A DNA stretch of 63,795 nucleotides, counting the filler, from Squatina squatina (Eukaryota): NCBI GenBank assembly GCA_031763465.1. It is 4 parts of 4 records of this genome, joined end to end, with 100 filler letters (N's around TTAATTAATTAA, not from the genome) between each part and the next. Parts side by side here need not be neighbours in the genome. Positions count along the whole stretch, not along the records: positions 1 to 22,987 come from JARFOE010000234.1; positions 23,088 to 37,896 come from JARFOE010000176.1; 2 more parts are not named here. The stretch is one strand, 5' to 3'. A program made the position numbers and the translations under genes. Positions 11,560 to 24,030 of the stretch are shown in pieces (the first letter of the stretch is position 1; the number at the start of each line of letters is the position of its first letter). The notes below the pieces were generated by a model that saw nothing but the letters and a program-made list of their open reading frames with translations, made no database searches and was not told the origin of the DNA.

Positions 11560-14037
11560 NNNNNNNNNNNNNNNNNNNNNNNNNNNNNNNNNNNNNNNNN
11601 NNNNNNNNNNNNNNNNNNNNNNNNNNNNNNNNNNNNNNNNNNNNNNNNNNNNNNNNNNNAAAGTATCCCACGAAATGAGTCACTGCAGCTCTTAACTAAT
11701 GATTGTTCACAGGAAAGAAGACACAAAAAGTGATGTCTCCACTCAGTACAGAGCTTAAACCACTGTTTTTGTAGGTTACGTTCAATATGCTGGATTCTCT
11801 ATCAAAGCCGACAGAGATTCAGCAAAACAGCAACCATGGCAACGTTTTCACACTTAAGTGGTAAGATTTAATACTAATAATGGACTCATCTTCTTTGTAA
11901 TGAAGAATTGAGGCCACTGATTGAAGGACTTGACCTGCCTGTCCTCAATTCTCCAGAGCTGCACAGATGGTCATCCATTATAGCTTAAATAATCACAGAT
12001 TATAGTACTACCCATTTGAGTGTCTATTTGTTAAACTCATGATATTAGTGCATTTATTACCTCATCTATCAACAAGGCAGCTTTGTGTAGCATCTGCAAC
12101 ATATTGCCAAGATCTCTACTTTTATTGATTCAAATGGTTTCTAGTATAAGATCCTAATGGACCCTGTCTACTCTGTTTGTAATCATGTTCATCAAAAAAG
12201 GGAAAACTTTCTCAGGTATACAGTGCACGAATTTCTATGCAGTGATTAAATGGTTTAAAAGACTATGAATGAATCGCTGATTCTCATTGGAGAAGACTTT
12301 GATATCTTGCAACGGTAGTGCCATCTCCTATAGAATCAGATTGTACTGTATTGACTCTACCCAATTTGGTGAAATAATAAAATCATTTAAGTGTTAATTT
12401 TTTATCTCATAATACTCCTGTGAAGTTTGAGACATTTAACTATGTTAAAGGCACTATATAGTTGCTGCTTCTGTGCCTATACTGCACAGGAATAATTTTA
12501 CCTTTAATAAGACACTTCAATTGACAGATATTCAAAATGACATACTACGCTAACTGTCAGCTAATGGAGGGGAGTAGTAAAGGGAGCACACTTACTCAAT
12601 CATGCTGACAAGATAGTAAATGAACACCTTAATTTAGTGATCAAAAGAAATTAGATTGTTATGCCTGGATGTTATGTTGAACTAAGAGATGCCTGCATAA
12701 CAATCACTTTAAAGTTCTGACTATTAATTATGCAAATTCATGTATAATAAATTGACTGCATTCAGTTTTCTTGGTAACTGTAATAAGAAATAATGTAATA
12801 TTTCCAAGCCTCCTTCACTGTATGTACACTTCACGATACCTACTAATTGGTCTCCCACGGCACTGATCACAAAAAAATCTTTTTGTGTAAGTGTCTCTTT
12901 GCTTTTCTCCCACTCTAGGTCTTTCCATCTACCGCACTCACTTTTCCCTCTCTCTCTGTACCTTCCACACATTTTATCTTATTGGCATCTCAGTAGCCTT
13001 GAATCCTTCTCACTTTCTTGTTTCTGTAAGTCTCTCATTCACTATGTTCTCTACACTCTCCTTTGTTTCCCACTGCAGACTTTATCTCTGGATGTCCTTT
13101 TGCACANNNNNNNNNNNNNNNNNNNNNNNNNNNNNNNNNNNNNNNNNNNNNNNNNNNNNNNNNNNNNNNNNNNNNNNNNNNNNNNNNNNNNNNNNNNNNN
13201 NNNNNNCACTTTCCACGGTTGTTGTGTAATCTCATTCTGAGGTGGTTAATGCCATATTAATATAAGTTAAAATCTTCTCATTATTCTGATCCTGCCAGAG
13301 AACGTCTCCCAAATCACATGTACCAGCATCAATCTGAATGACAAAAAGCCAGTTATAATCAGGATGTCCCAGTACCGAAGTCCTCAATTAGTTCACTTTC
13401 AAGGACCTCTAAAGTATTGTCATCCCCTTGGGTCCACTTATAAGTCAGACATTTTTCTTCAGTACGTTCAGGGGTTGTACAATTACCAAGGTTCCTGGCA
13501 CAAAGTTGTAATATCATCCTATTATCCAAAAATCTCTTTTTATTACTTTATTTTCAGAGACTTCAAGAAAAATACAGAGGTAATGCAGCATCTGTACAGC
13601 AATTTTATATAGCTTTGAAGAAGCAGCTGCTAGTATATTTTACTGTCACAGGGATTTGTTTTAAATCCTGCTGTTCTAAATTTGGAGAAAATAATAGTAA
13701 CCAAACAGACTGAAAAGTTTTCTCCATTAAGACCCTTAAGAACTATTCCACCAATCTTTCAAATCTCACCAAGGCATTTTAAGCTCAAATGACATGACCT
13801 TAAATTAATACAAGCTATACTATGCTACAAGGGCAGACTCTACCTTGCTTATTGGATCCAGCTCCACTTGCCAACAGTTGCTATTAAGGTCCAGTGAAGT
13901 GAAGCATTAAGATGCAGTAAGAGGACCTAGAGTTTCATGGATGGTGGTTAATGGACATACACCTCAATCAGTTTTAGCATTGAGCGGAATATAATCAACA
14001 GCAGAATGCCACAATCAAAAGCATCTTCCACCTGAGT

Positions 14038-14142
14038 TTAGAACATAAGAATTAGGAGCAGGAGTAGGCCATATGGCCCCTTGAGCCTGCTCCGCCATTC
14101 AATAAGATCATATCTGACCTTCAACCTCAACTCCACTTTTCC
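14038..14142 (-). mobile_element. CR1 LINE 3' end
   Basis: agaacataagaattaggagcaggagtaggcc...gcctgctccgccattcaataagatc is the reverse complement of the CR1 3' tail seen repeatedly in the window. Confidence 0.75.
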
Positions 14143-14242
14143 NNNNNNNNNNNNNNNNNNNNNNNNNNNNNNNNNNNNNNNNNNNNNNNNNNNNNNNNNN
14201 NNNNNNNNNNNNNNNNNNNNNNNNNNNNNNNNNNNNNNNNNN

Positions 14243-15335
14243 TTACTCTTAACATTATCCCAATCGATATTTGGGTAATTAAAGTCCCCCAATATCACCA
14301 GTCTACAGTTTTGCACATCTGTGATTTCCCTGCAGATTTGCTCCTCTACCTCTCTCACTATTGAGGCCTATAGAACACCCCAGTAGCGTGATCATATCCT
14401 TTTTGCTTCTCAACTCCAACCAAATGGATTCTGTCCTTGCCCCCTCAAGGACATCCTCTTTCCAACACTACAATGTCTTCTCTTAATAGTACTGCCACCC
14501 CACCTCCCATTTTTGCTTCCCTATCTTCTCTGGACACTTTGTACCCTTGAATATTAAGCGCCCAGTCCTCACGATTTTATGCCACATTTCCGTTATTCCC
14601 ACACGGCTATTTGTGCTTGTAGCTCACCAACCTTATTCACCACACTTTGTGCGTTTACATACGTGCATTCTAAACCTGTCTGTGTTCATCGTAGTCCTTC
14701 TTAGTCTGTTTCTATATATGGTACTACTTCCCTCTCTAATACTACCCAACACACTCACTCCTTTATACACCTCATTCCCCTTTTCTACTTCTATATGCTG
14801 GTGCCCACCCCCCCTGCCAATTTAGTTTAACCCCTCCCCAAACACACTAGTGAACCTCCCCACGAGGATATTGATCCCAGTTCTGTTGAGGTCCCAGCCC
14901 GTCCCTTTTGAATAGCTTTCAAACCTATTGGTTGATCCATGGCATTGTAAAACTTCTAGCATTTTACTTTATTAATGGAATATATGTATCCTGTAACTTG
15001 GCAATCTCCTTATTTAAAAAATCCAATGTTGCTCTGCAGGCCTGTGTGCCAATTTATCCTTCTACCTTACTTCAGCTAGCTTGCTTATCTTTCTAAAATC
15101 TTCCCTGATCCAGTCCGGTGTTTTGTTTTTGTAGTAACTTTTTCCCTTCCTAGTTGGGCCTTGAACCATGTCATATTGTGGTCACTACTCAAAAAGGTGC
15201 CCACCCATGTTTACTTTATCTACCTGATCTACTTCATTACTCATAACCAGATCTAGCAACACCTCTTCCTTTGTTGGCTACTAACATACTCACTGAGGAA
15301 GGAATCCTACACACAAATTTTAGGAATTCCATTCC
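14243..15335 (-). mobile_element. CR1 LINE endonuclease-region fragments
   Basis: REVEEQICREITDVQNCRLVILGDFNYPNIDW (APE GDFN motif), plus further degenerate ORF2 sequence including LLDLVMSNE. Confidence 0.75.
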
Positions 15336-16416
15336 CTTTTCTTAATTTCCCCTCTGTCTCAATTAAAACCTTTCAGAAGAATTTAGTTACATGAGCTCAT
15401 CTCCCTAATCTGACTGCTGTATTCCACTTCCATTTCATTCCCACAATTTGGAGGGCTGCCCTGATAATGTAACAAGTTTATTTTTATCTTTGGGTTTCAA
15501 CCATATTGACTCTGTACCCGCTCCTTGTCTATGGCAACTCTGTTTCACTGCTGTATATTTTTATGCGCAATACGAAGATACTCCTTTATGTCTGTGACCT
15601 CTTATATCTATATTTGGTATACAGACTGTCTGTTGGAGTTTTTTTTCTAAAAAAGGTGAAAATATTTTGGTTGAGAATACCCAAACTTTTGTCAAGCCTA
15701 TTTGTATGTCAGACAAGATAGACTCCACAAAAAGGTTTTCAAATACTAAGAGTGTCCTGGGACCCACTTTACAATTAGAGAGCCTTTTAAATATAGTGAT
15801 TACAAGGAGGTAATCTAATCAAGTGGTTCAGGTGACATCACAAACCACAAGACTGAAACTCCAAAGGTTAATCGCTGTCATCCAACTCTGGGATTCAATT
15901 ACAGCTTTGAAATCACTGTGTGGTATCTCCTACTGTTTAGAAAATATACTGTTTTGATTTCTGATGGCGGTTTTATTCAGTTTCTGTGTCTGCAGTGGCA
16001 TTCAGTATAGGCGCCAACTGTCAGTGTGCCTAATATACTTGACGTGTGACTGATGTACACACAAGAGGATTAGCAATGTGACATCATTCCTATGGGTTTC
16101 TGAAGAAATAATCTGTGGTTGATCACCAGGAAACTCTGTAACAATATATTGGTGCCATTCAGGAGGCAAATATTTAACTCACTGTCTGCTACTTAAGCTG
16201 ATAAAAGATTTATGTCAGCATTTATCAATCAATGTGTCTTTGGACAGCTCAACATTGAACTTAAATTAGTGTGTTTTCATGATCCAAGGTTTACTGGGAA
16301 AATGTATTTACAGGAGTACAGTTTCATCAGGTTCCAATGTAACACTTTAACATCAGGATTATCTCAGTTGTAAAAGAGGCTCAAACTGATAAAATTTCCT
16401 TAAACTTTTCTCTTAT

Positions 16417-16893
16417 ATAGAAACATAGAAAATAGGAGTAGGAGTAGGCCATTCGGCCCTTCGGGCCTGCTCCGCCATTCAATATGATCATTGCTGATCG
16501 TCTAATTCAGTACCCTGTTCCTGCTTTCTCCCCATATCCCTTTATCCCTTTAGCATTAAGAAATATATCTATCTCCTTCTTGAATATATTTAATGACGTG
16601 GCCTCCATTGCCTTCTGTGGTAGAGAGTTCCACAGGTTCACCACCCTCTGAGTGGAGAAATTTCTCCTCATCTTGGTTCTAACTGGTATCCTGAGACTGT
16701 GACCACTGGTTCTAGACTCCACAGCCATTGGGAACATCCTCCCTGCATCTAGTCATTCTAGTCCTGTTAGAATTTTGTAGGTTTCTATGAGATCCCCTCT
16801 CATTCTACTAAACTCTAGTGAACATAGGCCTATTCGACCCAATCTCTCCTAATACGTCAGTCCTGCCATCCCAGGAATCAGTCTAGTTGCACT
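16417..16893 (-). mobile_element. CR1 LINE 3' end with microsatellite tail
   Basis: SRTSGHSLRI...MRRNFSTQRVVNLWNSLPQKAMEA...IKGYGEKAG; tail reads agaaacatagaa on the + strand. Confidence 0.88.
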
Positions 16894-18142
16894 NNNNNNN
16901 NNNNNNNNNNNNNNNNNNNNNNNNNNNNNNNNNNNNNNNNNNNNNNNNNNNNNNNNNNNNNNNNNNNNNNNNNNNNNNNNNNNNNNNNNNNNNTTCCTGG
17001 TCCATATGCCCTGTGTGAGTAAAATTCTCTTTTCCCCGCTGTTCTCATTTAAAAACAAAATCCCCCCCCCAACTCTCTGCATTCTGTGTGTGTTGCTTTC
17101 TTGCTGTTTTCTATGAATTGGTCAGTTACTTCCTCTTTGTAGGTATTTCTAGCTATATGTGTCCTCCCTCTGCCTTTTTCTGGCTGTGTTTGCATGTGTG
17201 TATTTCCTGATTTTTAATCTTTTTCTTTGATTCTGTATTCTCCATTGCCTATTCTCTCTTGGTGATATTTATATATTCGTGTGTTTGTCATTGTCTCTAT
17301 CGATATCTCCCTGTATGTATCCCACTTTGTATGTTCTCTCCTTTGCAACATTCTTTCTCCCTTGTCTTGTGCATCTCTTTTCTAGCACAGAGGTGATGTC
17401 CTAGTTTGAGCTGAGATGAACAAATGCATTTGGGTCACAGGGCATGTTTTTTTATGCATTTACTACACTGTCAGACAAAAAACAGTTTGCAGCCTACAAA
17501 TTGGATTTTAAGCTATTGGGAAAATTTCCTCACCCAGGCTGATATGATTGAAGACACAGTATCTCCTTTGTGGGTCTAATGATGAATTGGGAATAATTAA
17601 AAAAAAATTCAAAATGTGCGCAATGAGACAAAGTCGATGTTTGCTAACACCTGGATCTTACTACTTCCCTGTACAACAATCACGCAGCGTTCACTGCTGC
17701 TTGACTTAAAGGAACGTCACATCTTTCAGTATGACAACCTCCTCCAGTGACGACACATAATCCTGAGCAGTCTGGTAACGTATTGGTCACAGCAAAAATA
17801 AGGCAAAAATAGAGGTAGCCACTCCGGTACAAGGTGATCCTGAACATTTGCGGAGTGTTCTCACTTTTGGTGAGATTGGGTGCTCAGATAGGGTGAACAA
17901 ACTATGCGTCTTTACAGTGCATCAATGCACCTCTGAACTCCAAGTCACAGTACCAGAAGCAGAAGGTTACAGCTCTCCGAGTTAAGGATATAACGGCACG
18001 TGAGCCGTAAATCTGCTAAACACACAAGAACCTGAAGGGTCAAAGGAGGTCATGGGTGACAATTAATCTAATTTACACTTTCAAAAGCAACCTTTACCGA
18101 AATATCACATCTTAAACAGTTTAACATCTCTTGCAGTTTCAT

Positions 18143-18322
18143 TAGACCATAAGAAGTAGGAAGAGTAGGCCATTCGGCCCCTCGAACCTGCTCCGCCATT
18201 CGATTGGATCATGGCTGACCTGACATTCCTCGAGTCCACCTTCCTGCCCTTTCCCCATAACCCTCGATTCCCTTACTGATTAGAATTCTATCTATCTCAG
18301 CCTTAAATATACACAAGGACTC
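18143..18322 (-). mobile_element. CR1 LINE 3' end
   Basis: Same 3' tail motif (gtaggccattcggcccctcgaacctgctccgccattc). Confidence 0.75.
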
Positions 18323-20937
18323 NNNNNNNNNNNNNNNNNNNNNNNNNNNNNNNNNNNNNNNNNNNNNNNNNNNNNNNNNNNNNNNNNNNNNNNNNNNNNN
18401 NNNNNNNNNNNNNNNNNNNNNNNNNNNNNNNNNNNNNNNNNNNNNNNNNNNNNNNNNNNNNNNNNNNNNNNNNNNNNNNNNNNNNNNNNNNNNNNNNNNN
18501 NNNNNNNNNNNNNNNNNNNNNNNNNNNNNNNNNNNNNNNNNNNNNNNNNNNNNNNNNNNNNNNNNNNNNNNNNNNNNNNNNNNNNNNNNNNNNNNNNNNN
18601 NNNNNNNNNNNNNNNNNNNNNNNNNNNNNNNNNNNNNNNNNNNNNNNNNNNNNNNNNNNNNNNNNNNNNNNNNNNNNNNNNNNNNNNNNNNNNNNNNNNN
18701 NNNNNNNNNNNNNNNNNNNNNNNNNNNNNNNNNNNNNNNNNNNNNNNNNNNNNAAGTTTGACTTTACTATTTACTTTCTTTCAGCGCTTACAGGGGGTGG
18801 GGGAAACTGCTGCTGCTCATAAATGTGTCCCAGTTTTGGTTGTAAAATTCAACAGAAAGGGGTTTTGCAGTTCATTATATGGTGCTTAGTGAAAGTTAAT
18901 AGCATCACTGTATCCAGTGACTGTTACAGCAGGAAACCCAGCTCTTTCAATGTGGTCCCGTTGTGTAAGCTCGAGAGAAACCAGGGCCGAGTAAGGGTTT
19001 CTCAGGCTGCTGCTTCCAGAGGGAAGGTACTGACAGGCAACTTATTAGAGGTTAATTACCCCTCTCTCAAAAAAAAGGGAAAAATTCTTCCCATTCAAAA
19101 CTGCAAATACCTTAATGAAGGGGTTGCGTTCCAACCCGCCCAGATGCTATGCTTCCTGTTGGTGAGGTGCAGCTAAAGATGAATCTTTTCTCCTATCCTG
19201 TTGCTATGGATCTAGTAATCTAACAATACCATGCTGTGCAGAGTAAATGAATGAATGCAATTAGTCCTTCAGGAGTCCTGGGCTCACTGTGTGTGAGATG
19301 AGAGAGAAAATTAGGAGAGAAAAAAGGGGAATCAAGAGATCCATTGACAGACACATGAACACACAGGTACAGTCATGTACACATAAATATCTTATTACGG
19401 TAGAAATTCTTGCACCAGAAACTCAGGCAAAATATAAGGTATTATTTCTCTTATTTAAAATAAGTAAACAATCAGATCCCTGTAGTTTCTGTTAACTAAT
19501 TGCTGTGTGTGTGTATTGAGCACTTATTAATTTAAAGCCAAATTTTTGGGTATAATTTCTTCTATAGTGATGCCATTACAAACTAAATATCTTCATGATG
19601 TGCTCATTTTCAGAGAGTTCACATATCACATTGCAGTTGTTATGCTTGTAAACCTAAGTTTTTCATGTAATAAAAAGCCAGCTATTCGTCAGTTTGCCTT
19701 CATATGCAATTTGGAACAGTACAAACAATAGACAAGAAATAGTTGTATTGAAGCACCATTAACTCTCCCTTCATGCGTTTCTGTGCGTCAAGAAAATAAC
19801 ACGAGTCTATATAATAACGAAAAATGACACTTTAGTAAAACAAAATCTCTTTGCCTCGTGTTTGTGCTCCTCTACATGCAAATGCTTTGCTACAATCTGA
19901 TTGAGCAAACATTTCTGCAATCTTTTGATTTCTTGAACAAATTTCCTGCCCTGTGCAGCACAGTGTCACGAGCAGCCCTCTTAAGAAGCATTACCGCTTT
20001 CTTATCCTGCTGTTCTACAAAGATTAGATATAAAACAGTCAAAACGAAGCCTTTCACATATACACATCTCATGTTTCCTAAAAAAAAAATCAAGAATTTT
20101 AAATGTTGGGTAAGGACAGGGCTTTCAGTTTATAGGTCTAATTTCAAAATTAACTACTTTGCTCTATTTTCAAGCTCCTTTACCTGAACCTTTGACAGAA
20201 GGGCAGCTTTTAAGCTACTTTATATGTTTTTCTTTTTTTTCCCCCCTCATTAGTTTTGCTAATAATAATTGCATTTTCTCAGTGAANNNNNNNNNNNNNN
20301 NNNNNNNNNNNNNNNNNNNNNNNNNNNNNNNNNNNNNNNNNNNNNNNNNNNNNNNNNNNNNNNNNNNNNNNNNNNNNNNNNNNNNNNNNNNNNNNNNNNN
20401 NNNNNNNNNNNNNNNNNNNNNNNNNNNNNNNNNNNNNNNNNNNNNNNNNNNNNNNNNNNNNNNNNNNNNNNNNNNNNNNNNNNNNNNNNNNNNNNNNNNN
20501 NNNNNNNNNNNNNNNNNNNNNNNNNNNNNNNNNNNNNNNNNNNNNNNNNNNNNNNNNNNNNNNNNNNNNNNNNNNNNNNNNNNNNNNNNNNNNNNNNNNN
20601 NNNNNNNNNNNNNNNNNNNNNNNNNNNNNNNNNNNNNNNNNNNNNNNNNNNNNNNNNNNNNNNNNNNNNNNNNNNNNNNNNNNNNNNNNNNNNNNNNNNN
20701 NNNNNNNNNNNNNNNNNNNNNNNNNNNNNNNNNNNNNNNNNNNNNNNNNNNNNNNNNNNNNNNNNNNNNNNNNNNNNNNNNNNNNNNNNNNNNNNNNNNN
20801 NNNNNNNNNNNNNNNNNNNNNNNNNNNNNNNNNNNNNNNNNNNNNNNNNNNNNNNNNNNNNNNNNNNNNNNNNNNNNNNNNNNNNNNNNNNNNNNNNNNN
20901 NNNNNNNNNNNNNNNNNNNNNNNNNNNNNNNNNNNNN

Positions 20938-21220
20938 CCCACTCTTGCTTTCATCACACCATTGGTGGTTGTGCCTTCACCCGCCTGGGCCCCATGCTCT
21001 ACAATTCCCTCCCTAAACTTCTCCGCCTTGTCACCTATCTCTCCTCCTTTCACCCTCCTTAAAAACCCACCTCTTTGACCAAGCTTTTGATCACCCCCCC
21101 CACCTGCCATTAATATCTCCTTCTTTGGTTTGGCCTCCATTTTTTCCTTGTGCTTTTATGAAGTGCATTGGGACATTTTTCTATGTGATGGGTGCTATGT
21201 AAATGCAAGGTGATGTTGAA
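20938..21220 (+). mobile_element. L2 LINE 3' end
   Basis: Homologous to 59870-60130 (ccttaaaaacccacctctttgacc...gctatgtaaatgcaag). Confidence 0.7.
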
Positions 21221-22987
21221 TGTGCCTTGGTGAAAAACAAGATCAGCTTTCCTGCCCAGTCTCCCTATTTCTAAAACTATTGTGGCAGTCAGTCTTTCTT
21301 GGCACCTTTCCTGTCAGCACTGCCTTTTAGAACTACGTAGTAATTAAATACTTTTCAGTGGAATATTTTCCATAATACTTAAAACAGAAAAGAGAAGGGT
21401 CCTGCTTTGAGCAATGACTATCAAGGGAACAATGAAAACTAATTACACACATGGCTATTATCACTATTGTTAAACTTGTCATTTGGGGAAAAAACATGAC
21501 AAAGTACGTGTTTTACTGATGACTGTTTATGACGAGGAGGCCTGCTTTAAAGGAAGAGTTGTTGCTTGTTTTTTTAAGTTTTCATCCCTCCCTCTTTTCC
21601 GCTCCCNNNNNNNNNNNNNNNNNNNNNNNNNNNNNNNNNNNNNNNNNNNNNNNNNNNNNNNNNNNNNNNNNNNNNNNNNNNNNNNNNNNNNNNNNNNNNT
21701 TGCTCAAAAATGCTGTGGATTACACAAAGGATAGTTCTTGGGAGTTCATTAGCTGAAATAAATCTGGTTCACACAGGAACTGGCCCTACACTTTGGCAAT
21801 GTAAATAGGGAGTGTGCAGAACAACCGATACCAGCCTTGCACGTTGGTAAAGTAAATAAGATAAAACTCCGAATAAAGATAGAGGTCCCACACAAAAACA
21901 ACATGCTATTAATTAAAACCTCAAACAGTTTGTGCGGGCATTTCCTGACCTGTCAAGATTGACTACAGGCAATGCTAACACTCTTGATTTAGTTTCGCAC
22001 GTAAATTATGAAAATATATCTTGCATCCTGAGAAGTAAGATTTTGATTGTATGTTTCAAGATACTGTATTGTAAAAATGGGCAGCATCATCAGTTTGAGT
22101 GCGTTTTATATATGATTTGCAGCAAGGTGAGTTTATACTTGACTAGCTCACTGTGGCCTTAATACCGAGTGTTCAACGGTGGTTCATCTCTTTCATTGAA
22201 ATGTGGATATATTTCGTTTTGAGATTTCAGAACTAACTCCTGGACATTGCATTTCCTCTTTCTACGCAAACAGGTGCCTCCTCATATGTTGTCCAGCGCA
22301 GCACAATAAGCGTGCTGTGTGTTGTGAAGGAGAATGGCGATTGCAGAGGCTCAGCAGCTTAGCTCCACATCTCCACGGGTCAAGTCCCAGAGGAGGCCGG
22401 AGGGTTTCTTTTTGATGACACGGGGGAAAGACAAAGAAAGGAATGGCATGGAGTCAAAAGTGACAGGGGCAGGGAGGGGAGAGGAGGAGAGAAGAGAAAA
22501 GAGGGTTTCAGGCATTTAAATTGAAAGTGCATTTCTATAATTGAAGCTTTATCTAGAAAAATTGAGAATTTTAGCCTTGTGTTTTAAAAAGATATATGAC
22601 ATGTGAAATGAAGGTTGGTGCTGCTGTCCCAGCTTTCAGCCACAGCATTCTATCATCACAGTCTCTGAGTAGTTGCACAGAATGACCTTTGAGGTGCACT
22701 CTTGTTCAGAGCTGGCTGAGGTAACTCTGTGAGTGGCTACTTTCAAAATGGATGCTGCTGGAGAAACTTGTGTGGTTTCAGAGAACATCAGGACAAAACA
22801 TTGCAGGCTCCCTTTGCACTGGTTGGAATTGGCTCTTGATAAGCTTATGAGCAGCTTAGCTGCTGCCTCGTATGTGTGATTGAAAGTAATACCCCTCTAA
22901 ACCAATAAATAATCACTCCGATTAAGTGCGAGAGAATGGCTAGGTGAGGATTAACGTGAGGACTGAAAGGGAGATTGCTGCTCGTCA

Positions 22988-23087
22988 NNNNNNNNNNNNN
23001 NNNNNNNNNNNNNNNNNNNNNNNNNNNNNNNTTAATTAATTAANNNNNNNNNNNNNNNNNNNNNNNNNNNNNNNNNNNNNNNNNNNN
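22988..23087. other. Artificial scaffold linker 44N-TTAATTAATTAA-44N
   Basis: Exactly 100 bp, with a six-frame-stop 12-mer at 23032-23043; identical at three places. Confidence 0.95.
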
Positions 23088-23749
23088 AACAGTTTTTGAC
23101 AGATTATTTAGAACTGTCAAAACTTCATTGAAACATACACCTACCTGATTCGCTGGGGTCACAGTATTCCTCATGTGACCTCTCCAGCCTCTTCACTCAA
23201 ATTGCTCGGGAATCTGGAGAGCCCTGCTCCGAATCTCCAACTCGGGGGGTGGGGGGCTCAAACTGGCAAGGTCGCGTGGATCCAGGACCCTTAGATAAGT
23301 ACGTAGAGATAATTGCGATTGGAGGCACCCGCACGCAGGAAGCCTCCGGTCGCAATTTCAGGGCCATTATTTTAGGAAAAATAGTTATTATCAGTGAGTT
23401 GCTCTAATATGCAGACACTTGAATCTATATAAATTGCAGATTAATAAAGAGATACCACAGGAGTAATTAGTTTACAACCTTTGCCCGAGGCAGGATAGGA
23501 GACTGTATGGAACATGTTCTGAATCTTGCCGTTTAAACTGCACTCACGACCATGAAGCGCATGGAATGGTTCACAATACCTCATTATTCCTCAAATAAAC
23601 ACCACGTTGTGCAGGATATTTATGTGCTGACCCTGACCCGAGTACTTATGTCAGAATATTTAATGGCAGCAATATTCGCCAATTTCTTTCCCAGAGCCGA
23701 GACAGAAGGAGATGCATTAACCCTGTAAATACTGAAATCAGACTGCAGC

Positions 23750-23872
23750 TTTCAAACTGTGCACCTCCCTGCTCCCCCCGCACCTTTCAAACTGTCGCTC
23801 CTCCCTGCTCCTCCTGCACCTTTCAAGCTGTCACTCTTCCTGCTCCCCTCGCACCTTTCAACCATCCGCTCC
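23750..23872 (+). repeat. ~35-bp imperfect tandem repeat, about 3.5 copies
   Basis: Unit approximately ctttcaaactgtcgctcctccctgctcctcctgcac. Confidence 0.8.
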
Positions 23873-23874
23873 TC

Positions 23875-24030
23875 TCTACCAAATTGGATAACTTCACATT
23901 TTTCCACATTATAACCTATCTGCTATGTTCTTGCCCACTCACTTAGCCTGTTTAAATCCCCTTGAAGCCTTTTTGCATCCTCCTCACAACTCACATTCCC
24001 ACCTAGTTTTGTGTCATCAGCAAACTTCAA
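23875..24030 (-). mobile_element. CR1 RT fragment
   Basis: Reverse strand reads KFADDTKLGGNVSCEEDAKRLQGDLNRLSEWART. Confidence 0.85.

Noticed and set aside
17705-17772. Minus-strand frame TAQDYVSSLEEVVILKDVTFL* after a ccag
   Set aside because: No recognisable protein and no partner exons.
18930-18990. Exon-like segment RKPSSFNVVPLCKLERNQGR with a gtaagg donor
   Set aside because: Poor pyrimidine tract, ambiguous boundaries and no homology recognised.
23032-23043. TTAATTAATTAA palindrome as a recombination or regulatory site
   Set aside because: It is always centred exactly in a 100-bp N block, so it is an assembly linker.
23750-23872. ~35-bp repeats as a CRISPR-like array
   Set aside because: Head-to-tail degenerate units with no unique spacers, no cas genes and a vertebrate context.
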